In this document: positions 47,301 through 60,214 of the stretch, piece after piece
How positions within the stretch are numbered: position 1 is the stretch's first letter
Layout of the letters: each line of letters opens with the position of its first letter
Assembly: GCA_907165135.1 (NCBI GenBank)
Contig: CAJRAX010000009.1
Location: 15,681 to 79,680, forward strand
Source: Oikopleura dioica
Taxonomy: Eukaryota; Animalia; Chordata
DNA length: 64,000 bases
Direction: 5' to 3'
Position numbers and translations under genes: made by a program
Notes under the pieces: model-generated
What the model was told of the DNA's origin: nothing
Databases searched by the model: none
Seen by the model: only the letters and a program-made list of their open reading frames with translations

Positions 47301-49751
47301 CGAAAAAATATTCTGATGCGTTTTTGGCGTTTTTAGATGATGTTGAGTTCATTTTAATCGGAAAAATATTCTGATGCGTTTTTGGCGTTTTAAGATGATG
47401 TTGAGTTCATTTTCATCGAAAAAATATTCTGATGCGTTTTTTGGCGTTTTTAGATGATGTTGAGTTCATTTTCATCGAAAAAATATTCTGATGCGTTTTT
47501 TGGCGTTTTTAGATGATGTTGAGTTCATTTTCATCGCAAAAATATTCTGATGCGTTTTTTGGCGTTTTTAGATGATGTTGAGTTCATTTTCATCGAAAAA
47601 ATATTCTGATGCGTTTTTGGCCTTTTAGATGATGTTGAGTTCATTTTCATCGAAAAAATATTCTGATGCGTTTTTGGCGTTTTTAGATGATGTTGAGTTC
47701 ATTTTCATCGAGAAAATATTCTGATGCTTTTTTGGCGTTTTTAGATGATGTTGAGTTCATTTTCATCGGAAAAATATTCTGATGCGTTTTTGGCGTTTTT
47801 AGATGATGTTGAGTTCATTTTCATCGAAAAATATTCTGATGCGTTTTTTGGCGTTTTTAGATGATGTTGAGTTCATTTTCATCGAAAAAATATTCTGATG
47901 CGTTTTTGGCGTTTTTTGATGATGTTGAGTTCATTTTCATCGGAAAAATATTCTGATGCGTTTTTGGCGTTTTTTGATGATGTTGAGTTCATTTTCATCG
48001 CAAAAATATTCTGATGCGTTTTTGGCGTTTTTAGATGATGTTGAGTTCATTTTCATCGAAAAAATATTCTGATGCGTTTTTGGCGTTTTTTGATGATGTT
48101 GAGTTCATTTTCATCGAAAAAATATTCTGATGCGTTTTTGGCGTTTTTAGATGATGTTGAGTTCATTTTCATCGAAAAATATTCTGATGCGTTTTTTGGC
48201 GTTTTTAGATGATGTTGAGTTCATTTTCATCGAAAAAATATTCTGATGCGTTTTTGGCCTTTTATGATGATGTTGAGTTCATTTTCATCGAAAAAATATT
48301 CTGATGCGTTTTTGGCGTTTTTAGATGATGTTGAGTTCATTTTCATCGAAAAAATATTCTGATGCGTTTTTGGCGTTTAAAGATGATGTTGAGTTCATTT
48401 TCATCGAAAAATATTCTGATGCTTTTTTGGCGTTTTTAGATGATGTTGAGTTCATTTTCATCGAAAAAATATTCTGATGCGTTTTTTGGCGTTTTTAGAT
48501 GATGTTGAGTTCATTTTCATCGGAAAAATATTCTGATGCGTTTTTGGCGTTTTTAGATGATGTTGAGTTCATTTTCATCGAAAAAATATTCTGATGCGTT
48601 TTTGGCAATTTTAGATGATGTTGAGTTCATTTTCATCGAAAAATATTCTGATGCGTTTTTGGCGTTTTTAGATGATGTTGAGTTCATTTTCATCGAAAAA
48701 ATATTCTGATGCGTTTTTGGCGTTTTTTGATGATGTTGAGTTCATTTTCATCGCAAAAATATTCTGATGCGTTTTTGGCGTTTTTAGATGATGTTGAGTT
48801 CATTTCCATCGAAAAAATATTCTGATGCGTTTTTGGCGTTTTTAGATGATGTTGAGTTCATTTTCATCGAAAAAATATTCTGATGCGTTTTTGGCGTTTT
48901 TAGATGATGTTGAGTTCATTTTCATCGAAAAAATATTCTGATGCGTTTTTGGCGTTTTTAAATGATGTTGAGTTCATTTTCATCGTAAAAATATTCTGAT
49001 GCGTTTTTGGCGTTTTTAGATGATGTTGAGTTCATTTACATCGAAAAAATATTCTGATGCGTTTTTTGGCGTTTTTAGATGATGTTGAGTTCATTTTCAT
49101 TGAAAAAAATATTCTGATGCGTTTTTTGGCGTTTTTAGATGATGTTGAGTTCATTTTCATCGAAAAAATATTCTGATGCGTTTTTCGGCGTTTTTAGATG
49201 ATGTTGAGTTCATTTTCATCGAAAAAATATTCTGATGCGTTTTTTGGCCTTTGTAGATGATGTTGAGTTTATTTTCATCGGAAAAATATTCTGATGCGTT
49301 TTTTGGCGTTTTTAGATGATGTTGAGTTCATTTTCATCGAAAAAAGATTCTGATGCGTTTTTTGGCGTTTTAAGATGATGTTGAGTTTATTTTCATCGAA
49401 AAAATATTCTGATGCGTTTTTTGGCGCTTTTAGATGATGTTGAGTTCATTTTCATCGAAAAAATATTCTGATGCGTTTTTGGCGTTTTTAGATGATGTTG
49501 AGTTCATTTTCATTGGAAAAATATTCTGATGCGTTTTTTGGCGTTTTTAGATGATGTTGAGTTCATTTTCATCTATGAAAAATATTCTAATGCGTTTTTG
49601 ATGCATTTTTGGCGTTTTTAGATGATGTTGAAGTTCATTTTCATCGAAAAAATATTCAGAATGCATTTTTCGCGGTGTTTTTCCAGATGATGTTGAGTTC
49701 ATTTTCATCGAAAAAATATTCTGATGCGATTTTTCGGCCTTTTAAGATGAT
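44400..49751 (+). repeat. Long Sat-B array
   Basis: Tandem 59-60 bp units; homogeneous from about 47150. Confidence 0.96.
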
Positions 49752-52700
49752 TGATGCCAATTAAAGATAAATTAATCTCTAAGCTAGAATCCTGCGAACC
49801 AAAGGCCTAAAATTCGAAACGTGGCTGTATTATTTTGGGTTTGAAGAGAGTGATTTTTAAATTTTCAGAATTCCAATTTCGCATTTCGCGCAGGTGCTAT
49901 TACTTCCAAATAAGGCATTTCGCGCATTTCGCGCCGATGTTTTTCTTTCAATAATGACGCGGCGCTTTCGCGCATTTGTTTCCTTCGTTGATTTCAAATT
50001 TCGCTCCAATCGCCACGCTCGTAATTATCATTTTTTTATCGCAAGAATTAAATTAAATCATATCAAGATCAACTTCCCACTATGTGGCCATATCACCCTT
50101 GATCACTTTTAAATTCTATTTTTTCATATTTGTCCAAGTCCAGTTTCCAAAATCGTTGTCAGTCCATTGCGTTGTCGTTGTCGTTGTAGTTGCTGGAGAA
50201 GTCGCCGCCATCGTTGAAGCTGCAGTTTTGTCGGTTTTGAGGAGAATGGTCAGTAATCCTAAAGCGAGCCAAAAAAGTGTTCAATCAATTTTGCCTACCA
50301 GGAGCACTTACAGACAGCGCCATCCCGAGGATCACGGGGTCACACTGTCAAGCCGCTTAAAGCGGAACTCAGCTAGAGGATGAATTTCATGCAACAGCTC
50401 CGTTGAAGTTGTAGAAGATAGCCAATTGAAGTTTTTCCAATTGGCGAAAAGCATTTCCAAGCAGTTGTCGTTGTTGATATCAAGAAGAGACGAATTGTTT
50501 CATCAAAAATAATTACCAGTCAGAATATTGAAGAATAAAGTGTGAACACTAGAAAGTTAAATAAAACCGCCGAAACGGGTGGCTAAGGTGCCTTTGAAGA
50601 ATGTGAAATAACGCGTACGTTATGAATGAGAAATATAGATTTTTATGAACTCATGCTATCCAAAGATTTGGCTCCATAAATCTTCAGTTCGTTTAACTAG
50701 TGAATTTCATGCAAAATCAACCTAATTGGCGAAATTCGGGCCGTGAGAAGAAGATTCAATTTTTATTTTTTATGTTCTTTTTCGCTATTCTTATCAGTAT
50801 GACCCGTTGTGGGTATCTTTTTAATTTTTTTCTTTTGGAGCTTCTTTTTCGAAAAAAAACTATTGAATCTTAAGATTTTGGTCCAAAAATAAGTTCATTG
50901 TTTTTTCTTGGATGATTTGGATAAAGTTGTTCAAAGGAAATTTTCACAAATTCGATCATTTCAGTTTTGTTTTGGATAACAGTTTTTGGAAGTTTGTATT
51001 CAGAAATCAGGACCTTTAATTCGGGTTTGGTCAAATCGTAAAGAGTCTTCTCCTTTTTCAAGTTTAAAACTGAAAAAAATAAAAACTCTCCAGATTCGCT
51101 TTTTCGCCAATTAGGGTGATTCTTACGTATATACTCTCTGATTTTAATTCTTAATTCACCTACGGATTCCGTCGTATTATAAAAGACCTCAAACTTATAC
51201 AAAATAAACCTAAGGGCTTCTTTCGTTAGCTCTCCCAATTTCAAAATACACCCTTTCTCAATGTCCTCATCCTCCCTAATCCGTTCTTCAATATTTTTGA
51301 AAAATTCAATGTCAACATTTTCAAATTTAAAAGCAATAGAAATATTAAAATTTTGCTCACATATCATTTCCGAACAATCACTGGCCTGAGAAAAAGAATT
51401 TTCCGTTTCTAAAATATCTTAATTTGGAATTTTTGCAGAGGGATTTGAATCTTTGGATGATTCTCTTTCTCGTTTTCGATCGTTTTGTAAACATTCACCC
51501 TCGTTTAAATTTTCATATTCAAGTTTGCCTTCCCGATTAGCTGTAATATCCAATTTGTCATATGAAACTAAATGTTCCGAATTATTATCAGTTTGATTAT
51601 GGACCGTTTCTGTCTCAATTTCAGAATCAAGTGTGACTTCCCAATGAGAATGCTCTTCTATTTCCCATTCAGAGTCACAAACCGAGTTTGAATCTCGAGG
51701 CGAAAAATCATGTGGTTTTGGAATCTCATCCATCATTGACGAATTTACAGTTTCATTTACGGTTATATTTTGGTTTTCTATAATTGAAACAACAGAGTCT
51801 TCTTCGTCGGACGAGTCAATTGATTCTAGTGTTTCAATAATAAAATCTGTAAATATATTCTCAAAAATTCCATCGACAGAAGATGAGACAATTTTTTCGT
51901 ACGCATTTTCCAGCAAATTTGCCTCAGAAGATAAACTCACTGGGAAATACGAACAACTTGAAAAATTTTCATGGAATCCAGAAGAATAATTTTCGGGGTT
52001 TTCTGAATCATTTTGAGCGCCAGGGGAAAAATTCGGAATTCCCGAGCTTACTGTTATTTCATTTCTTTCATTATATTTTTTCAAATGATCAGCGTGTCTC
52101 CGATATTCTTTTTCCCCAGATCTGACCGTATACCACGTTCCCTCTGGTGAGCTGCATATAACTTCATATGGGCCTAAAAAAGCTGTTTTTTTAGCGTTAA
52201 AATTTTTAATGAGAACTTGATCGCCCACCTTATATTTTACAAATTTAGGATTAGAAAATTTTTCAAGCCTGATTTGCTTTTCTTCGTCCAATAATTTTTT
52301 GATCGATTCAAAATTAATTTGTTCTCGTTCGTTATAAACTCTGTAATTTGGGTCAAAAATATCATGAGGATTCTTAAATCCAAATTGAAGCGAGAATGGA
52401 GATGTTTTAGTGACCGAATGTTGTGAAGTATTTAAATCATGGACAATTTCTTGCAAAAATAAATCCCAGTTTTTATAATCACATATAGCTCGCAGTCTAC
52501 TTTTAAGTGTTCTATTAAAATTTACAACTTGACCATTAGTTGATGGATGTCTTGGTGGTGTAAAATGGGGCTCTATCGAATTTTCTTTCATAAATTTTTC
52601 TATTTCGGAATGCTCTCGAGCATTATCTAAGATAACTTTTTTTGGGAAATACGGATTTTTAAAAATAACGCTTTTAAATTTACCGAGAAGATATTTTGAA

Positions 52701-55046
52701 TCTCGAGATTTTAGCGGTTCACAATAACCGAATTTTGAGAAAAAATCAATCATCACTAAAACATATTTATTTCCAAAATCCGTTGGAGGAAGCGTGATAA
52801 GGTCAAATCCGAAAACTTCAAAGGGTCCGTCTGGAGTCTTGAATGATAAAATGGGAGCTTTATTGGGATGAAAATTAGGCTTATCTTTTTGGCAGAACGG
52901 GAAAGTTTTTATAAATTCTTTAATTCCATTACGCATACGCGGCCAGATATATTTCTTTGAAATTTTAGCAAAAACTTGGTCAATTCCTGCGTGACAATAA
53001 TCGTGATAATTCTTTATGATTTCATTTTCGATATTTTTCGGCACGAGAACGCGACGATTATTAAACTCATCAATGTAGGCTATTTCTCCACTTTCCAAAA
53101 AGGTCAATTTATCTCTCAAAAACGAATAAAAATTGATGTCTCCCTTTGGGTTATTAGGCCATCTATCGATTTGCACGTATCTTCGAATTTCACTAAGCGT
53201 TGGGTCTAATTTTTGGATTTCACAATATTGATCTTGGGAAATTTGAATTGAATTTAAATTGACTTTTTGAGGATTATTTCTACTCAAACAATCGCTTATT
53301 TTCATTTTTGACGAAGGTTTTTGAATAGTTCGAAAATTGAAACCTTGAATTTCTGTTATCCATCTAGCAATTTTTTGATTATTTGTTCTAAGCGATCTGA
53401 TATATTTTATATTCGAATTATCTGTTATCCAGTCGAATTCCGTATAAGAGAGATAAACAGCCCATTTTGTCATACAAGTTTTTGCAGAGTATAATTCCTT
53501 TTCGATAATTGTGTACTTTGACTGTGTTTCATTAAAATTACCGCTATTATAACCAACAGGGACCAAACAATCTGTAGAATGATGATGATTCTCGTCCCGA
53601 CATTTTTGATCACAAATATACAGTACTCCGCCGTAGCCAGAAGATGATGCATCTGTTTCTAAGACAAAAACGCCCTGATCGGCTGGGGGAATTCTTAATT
53701 TCATTGCATTATTGCAAATTATTTCTTTGAGTTTTAAAAATGCTTGAGTGGCCTCATTCGTCCAGCAGAACGAATTTCTTTATGTTTTTGTTATCGGTTA
53801 TGCTATTGCCGCAAAATTTTTAATAAATCTTCTATGATAATTTAAAAGTCCAAAAAGACTTTGTGCACTTTCTTTAGATGTCGGGATTTTAAGATTTTCA
53901 ATCGCCTTGATTTTGTCTTTTGTTGGGGAAATTTCGCCGTTAGAAATGAAATAGCCGCAAAAATTTACAGACCGCATAAAAAACGACGCTTTGCGCGAAT
54001 GAATGCGCAAATTGTTAGCATCAAGAATAGTAAAGAATTTTTTTAAATTTAATAAATGCTCCTCTTCCGTTTTGCTATGAATTAGTAAATCATCCATATA
54101 GGGTAAAATCGCTGTTTTTTCAACCCCTTTCAAGGCTTGGTCAATTATACGCATGAAAAACGCGGGCGCGTTGCGGCAGCCCATCGGCATTCGCAAAAAC
54201 CTAAATTGGCCATGTTCGGTCGTAAACGCCGTCTTATTTTTGACTCTTCCGTTAATTCTACCTGATGGAACCCCTTGATGAGGTCCACCGAACTAAAAAT
54301 TTTGCTTTTCTCTAAATACGAAAGTGAGTCTTCTAAGTTTGGCAGGGGATGATGAATTTGTATTGTTGCATCATTTAGCTTTCGAAAATCGATCACGAGG
54401 CGCCACCGCCCGTCCTTTTTTCTGACCAATATTGCGGGACTATTTCAGGGGCTTGAACATTTTTCTATTATTTTATTCCCAGAAAATTTATCTAAAAGAT
54501 ATTTCCATTCTTGTCGCAAACTAAATGGTTGTCTATACGGCTGTGAAGAAATGGGGCTTTCTGTATTTGTATCAATCGAAAATTTTTCAATAGAACACGC
54601 GGGAAGGGGATCATCATCATCAAGAAATAAATGTGTGATTATGTCTAAAAGGGCGTAAAATTCTTTTTTTACTTCTGGAGAGTTAATTTGACCGACTGAG
54701 ATATTTTTCATATTTTTTTTATTATTTGTATTTTTGATTTGCGCTATCTCGACTATTTCATGTAATTTGGCAAATACAGTTCCAGCTGGAATACGAATCG
54801 TTGTGTCTGTCGGATTAATAACTAGTAACCGAAAAATTGGTGAATCTTTCTCTACAATTTGTAAACTTGGAATAAGTTGCAGTTTTGAGTTACCAAGATT
54901 CGAATTTTCAAAAGAGAGACTCATAGTTTTATTGAAATTTTTAACCGATAAATCAATTAATCTTTCTGATTATCCCTTGAAGAAAAATGTTTCTGTTGAA
55001 AATGCTTCATATTCTTCAATCGACTCATTTTTTAAACAATCAGTAG

Positions 55047-56286
55047 TAGGGTCGGACATAAGTTCCCGATTTCGAGGAAAATAGGCTTGTACATTACTGT
55101 ATGGTAACTTAGGACCAAAATACTTGATTCCCGAAGTTTGGTCGAGATTCATCAAGAATCACGTGATTTACGACCAAAAATGTTGTTTTTTTGGAGAAGT
55201 TTTGAAAAATGAGTAATATCTCTTGATGAGTCATGCAGTCGTCATCATAAGTCATCTATAAATGTTCCTTAGCGTCTGTGCTTTCGATCCATTCTAGTAA
55301 CATAAGGATCACGTGACATTTTTGGCATCAAAAAGGCCTTCAAAGTTCGAAAACCTAGATTTTTACGAAAAAAATCTTCGGTTTTTCGAAAATTTTACGT
55401 TACGAAAATCAGGGCCGCTTTGAACGAAGCATATATTCTGATAGCTCAGAGTCTGCGCTATCCAAAAAAAGTTAAATGATTGAACCGGACCCGGGTGGAA
55501 AAATTTCTAGAGCTGTTTGAATGATATCTGGGGTTGCGCAAGTGGGAGAATCAATTTTTTTTGCACTGGACATGGAGGGATAAAATTTTGTGGACATATT
55601 TCTGAGGTCCTAATCAAGAATAAAATCGAAAAAAATTTTCGAAAAGATAAGGGTATGGGGGTCAAAAAATCGATTTTTTTTATTTTTGTAAAATTAAGCC
55701 TGTACAAACCTAGACGACCATTTTAACAGCTCAAAAATAATTTGAGCTAATAATCAAGGAACGGGGCTGAGACGGCCCGAAGGGCCGTCAAGCCCCTTAA
55801 ATTTAATAATCAAGGAACGGGGCTGAGACGGCCCGAACGGGGCTGAGAAGGATAGGGATTCGAACCCGCGACCTTCAGATTCGAAAATATTGACAAGATA
55901 TTTGTTTGAGACATATTTGTTTTTATATTTTTCATCAAAAAATTAATTTTTTCATGATTTTTATAGATTTTGGCTTCTTTTGATGGCTCTAGAATATTTT
56001 TGACTTGGGGAAATCAACTCACATGCCTCTCCAATCGTTGCGCAGAGGCTATTTATTATCTTCAGCAGCAAATAAGTTGATCACGTGACAGTTTTCTTAA
56101 CAAATTTTATGAAATTCCGAAAGTATTCGAAAAATCGAAATTTTGAATTTCCAAATTGCTCTAGAATTTTTTCCACCTATACCCCGGAACCCCAAATTTT
56201 TTTTGGGGAATACTGGGACCCAAAGGAACATATTCTGAAAATATTAGCCTGCGGCCCCCACTTTGGGAACTTTATGTCCGACCCTA
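55047..56286. mobile_element. Non-autonomous hAT-type DNA transposon
   Basis: TIR TAGGGTCGGACATAA; 8-bp TSD ATCAGTAG at 55039-55046 and 56287-56294. Confidence 0.92.
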
Positions 56287-56636
56287 ATCAGTAGCATTTT
56301 CATCAGAATTAATTAAATTAAGATTTGCAAATCGTTCAACCGGGCCTGCTTGAATCAATTTTTTACGATGAAGGTTAATCAAAATTTCATTATCCAGAAT
56401 CGCTGGCACTCCTAAAATGGGGCTTAGATTATCCGAGACCACATAAAACCAGGACTTTCCCCAGGAAACATTATCAATTATTAACTCGGTTTCGATTTTT
56501 CAATAAATTTCTATTTTTCCGCCGGTATAATTAACTGCCTCCATTTTTGTTTTTTCAATTTTTTTGTTTTTTGGAATATATTTTTTACAAATACAATTTA
56601 ATTGTGAACCTGTGTCAAGTAAAAAACGAACATGTG

Positions 56637-57780
56637 TGATATCGAAAGCAAATGTCCTAAGAATGTCTCTTAACTGCTAAAATGCAAATCACATGCGATA
56701 AAATTGAAACAAAATGTAAATTTTCAAAACGATGTGGCGGTGGATGTATTTGTGGAAAGAATGATTTTCGGATGCAGAAATTTTTGAAATTTCATATGCA
56801 GATGTTTCTAAATAACAAAAACATTTCCATAAAAGGAAATTTTCGCGGCTTCGTTGTTTTTTATTTGCTGCGCGCATATCGCGCGATTGTTTTTCTTTCC
56901 AAAAGGCTCCAAATAATCGCACCAAGCACCACTAAATCGCTTCTTTTTTATCACTGCAAATTCAAGATTCTCACTATGTGACCTCAAGAATTTACAGTAA
57001 TTTCCAGTTTTAGTCTAAATCCAATTTCGTCGTCTATTCCATAGCAAGTTCCGTTGTCCAAGTGGTAGTAGTTGTAGTTGTCGTCATCACCGTCGTCCCA
57101 AATGGCCGTTGTGTAGTTGTTGTCGTTTTGAAGTGGTCAGCTAGAAAAGAACAGCAACCGTAACAAGCTCAAAAGCTTCGATTACCTAGAGGCGCTTAAT
57201 TCCGCGGTTGACCGTTTTGGCATTTTCTGGCCCCGGCACTTTGCGGAAAGCCGGACATAAACCACCAATTTTATGCCCGGAAGCCTAGCTAGTAAGAACA
57301 GCAATTCCAGTGAACCCATAGAAGAGAACCAAGTTTTCGGCGTCGTAGAAGCAAAATCCGTCGATTATTAATTTACCTTTTTTTGTACTGTCAATAATTA
57401 TGAACATAAAATAGTGATTTTTAACTAGAAATTTGTCATCCTTTTTCATGCAATAAGAAGTTATGAAAAAAAACCGTCGAAACGGGCGGCTAATGTGCCT
57501 TTTTTAAGATGATGTGAAAGCACGCGTACGTACCGAAATTACAAAATAAACCAATGTTTATTTTCCCCCAATTAGTTTTGTTTTGTCTATAATACCTAAT
57601 TAACTAATCTTAATTAAAATTAAAGGATTTTACCCACTTAGTTAGGAATTATAGACGTGAAATGAATGATCTTTTCGATTTGGCTCTAATCGATTTTTGT
57701 GATTTTAAAGTTGGCGAAGACCGTGACTCTGAATTATTTAATTTTTCATTTTTTGTGTTCTCTTTTTCCTATCATTATCA
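56637..57780 (-). mobile_element. Solo LTR, subfamily F, nested in protease
   Basis: TGATA...TATCA; TSD ATGTG; removing it restores IFDSHVRFLLDTGS. Confidence 0.94.
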
Positions 57781-57878
57781 ATGTGAATCAAAAATTTTAG
57801 CATTAACAAAAAATTGCTCGCCAATTTTATTTACAGAAATTTTCGGGATTGAAATTTGACCAGAATTTGTCCCGTAAA

Positions 57879-58926
57879 TTAGTTTTTGCTCAGCAGATTC
57901 CTGTTTCTCCCGACGCTTCAAACAAAATCTAGAAATGTGACCAAAACCATCACATTCGAAACATTTGATTTTTGGACAACGCGGTTTAGTATGGCCCCAT
58001 TGATTACAATTACGACAGAAGGGGCTGCTTTGGGGCGTCCGAGAATATCCAAATGGATACGGGGAATCGCTGCGGGCGTTTGGGGCACGGGCTTATTTAT
58101 GTTCTCCCTCTTTTCAACTTCGAGCTTGGCTACAGTCGCAGTCAACTGTTTAATCATGTCTGAGAGCTCTGAATTTTTGCGTTCATAATTAGACTCCATT
58201 TGAGCGAGTCTTGAGTCCAATATTTCACTTGTCTTATCGACAAAAGACGCTAAATTCGTCTCAATCGAGGAAACACTGACACTCAATAAACGCTCTCTGG
58301 AATCCAAAAATCGGCAACATCCTGAGCACTCTTCCTGTTATACCCGTGATCTCGTAGAAATGACTTGTTGGCTGGTTCCAAACTTTTCATAAAATGTGCA
58401 TCTGTAATAAACGAAACAGCGTCTGGTTTATCAGAAATCATTTCTGCAACCGTCCGAATTCTCGTCAAATATGAACCGAATTTTTCATTCATTTCCGACC
58501 TACGAGCCATATTATCGAGTTCATTTTGGGCCCGCTCCCGCTTCTCGTCCTCAGTTTCCTTGCCGAAAACCGTTTCCAAAAATTCAAAAGCCTTTTCAAC
58601 AGTCTCCAAATTTGCCATTTCCCGCCCGTGATTGCAATTAAAATCATGAGAGCAATTGTTCCGAATACAATCAACTGCCTGTCTTTCAAACGCTTTTTCT
58701 AATTCAGTCCGATTAGACTGTCGGTTATGATCTTGAATTGATTTTAAAAACAATTTTTCATGGCCGAAATTTTGTCGCTTAAATTATTTTTAGAAATTTG
58801 AAATTCATAAGAAAGCATATTGGGCCGAAAATGTTGCCTTGAATTTAGGGAAGGAAATGGGGCAAAGAGAAAATCTTCGGGCCATTTTGTTACCCTGAAG
58901 TTGGAGTCGCCGCTAGTGGCCGCCAT
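57879..58926 (-). pseudogene. gag: gag (frameshifted)
   Basis: ORFs 58744-58926, 58283-58753, 57918-58307 homologous to other A-type gag. Confidence 0.88.
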
Positions 58927-59989
58927 GATGCCAATTACTGTGATATATGACTCTCTAATCTAACTGCGTCTTGCAAAGAATGAGGCCTCAAAATACGAAA
59001 CGTGGCTTTTATTATTTTGGTTATGAAGAGAGTGAACTTCACATTCAATTTTTTCAGAATTGCATTTTTCGCAGGTGCTATTTTTTCCAAATTAGGCATT
59101 TCGCGCATTTCGCGCAAGTGTTTTTTCTTTCAATAATGACGCGGCACATTTCGCGCCTTTTGTTTTCTTCGTTTCTTTCAAATTTTCGTTACATAATCGC
59201 CACGCTCGTAATTATTATTTTTTTTTATAATTATTTTTTAAATAAAATCATATCAAGGGATCAACTTCCCACTATGTGGCCATATCACCCTTGATAGACT
59301 TTTAAATTCATTTTTTTTCATTTTGTCCAAGTCCGGTTTCCAAAATCGTTGTCAGTCCATTGCGTTGTCGTTGTCGTCGTAGTAGTTGCTGGAGAAGTTG
59401 CCGCCATCGTTGACGCTGCAGTTCTGTCGGTTTGAAGAGAATGGTCAGTAATCCTAAAGCGAGCCAGAAAAGTGGTCAATCAATTTTGCCTACCTAGGAG
59501 CACTTACAGACAGCGCCATCCCGAGGATCACGGGGTCACACTGTCAAGCCGCATAAGCGAAACTCAGCTAGGAAATGAATTTCATGCAACAGCTCCGTTG
59601 AAGTGTAGATGATAGCCAATTGAAGTATTTCCTAGGCAAAAGCATTTCCAAGCAGTCCAAATCGTTGTTGATATCAAGAAGAGACGAATTGTTCCATCAA
59701 AAATAATTACCAGTCAGAAAAATAGGAGAATAAGTGAACACTAGAAAGATTAAATAAAACCGCCGAAACGGGTGGCTAAGGTGCCTTTGAAGAATGTGAA
59801 ATAACGCGTACGTTATGAATGAGAAATATAGATTTTTATGAACTCATGCTTTCCAAAGATTTGGCTCCATAAATCTTCAGTTCGTTTAACTAGTGAATTT
59901 CATGCAAAATCAACCTAATTGGCGAAATTCGGGCCGTGAGCAGAAGATCCAATTTTTATTTTTTATGTTCTTTTCCGCTATTCTTATCA

Positions 59990-60208
59990 ATGATGTTGAG
60001 TTCATTTTCATCGAAAAAATATTCTGATGCGTTTTTTGGCGTTTTTAGATGATATTGAGTTCATTTTCATCGAAAAAATATTCTGATGAATTTTTGGCGT
60101 TTTAAGATGATGTTGAGTTCATTTTCATCAAAAAAATATTCTGATGCATTTTTTGGCGTTTTTAGATGATGTTGAGTTCATTTTCATCGAAAAAAATATT
60201 CTGATGCA
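59990..60208 (+). repeat. Sat-B
   Basis: About 3.5 monomers. Confidence 0.93.
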
Positions 60209-60214
60209 TCATCG

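Larger units (their letters stand above)
50870..57888 (-). pseudogene. pol: pol, interrupted; integrase catalytic E replaced (VVNFNRTLK)
   Basis: 761-aa RH-IN ORF, YMDD ORF, 165-aa tail ORF; protease split by solo LTR. Confidence 0.93.
49752..59989 (-). mobile_element. Full-length Ty3/gypsy element, subfamily A (3' LTR 49752-50796; 5' LTR 58926-59989) with two nested insertions
   Basis: TSD ATGAT at 49747-49751 and 59990-59994; paired LTRs; all domains present. Confidence 0.96.

Noticed and set aside
47150-49700. CRISPR array
   Set aside because: Head-to-tail repeats without unique spacers; no cas genes; eukaryotic context
55855-55881. tRNA gene
   Set aside because: Only a T-arm/B-box fragment; no acceptor or D arm
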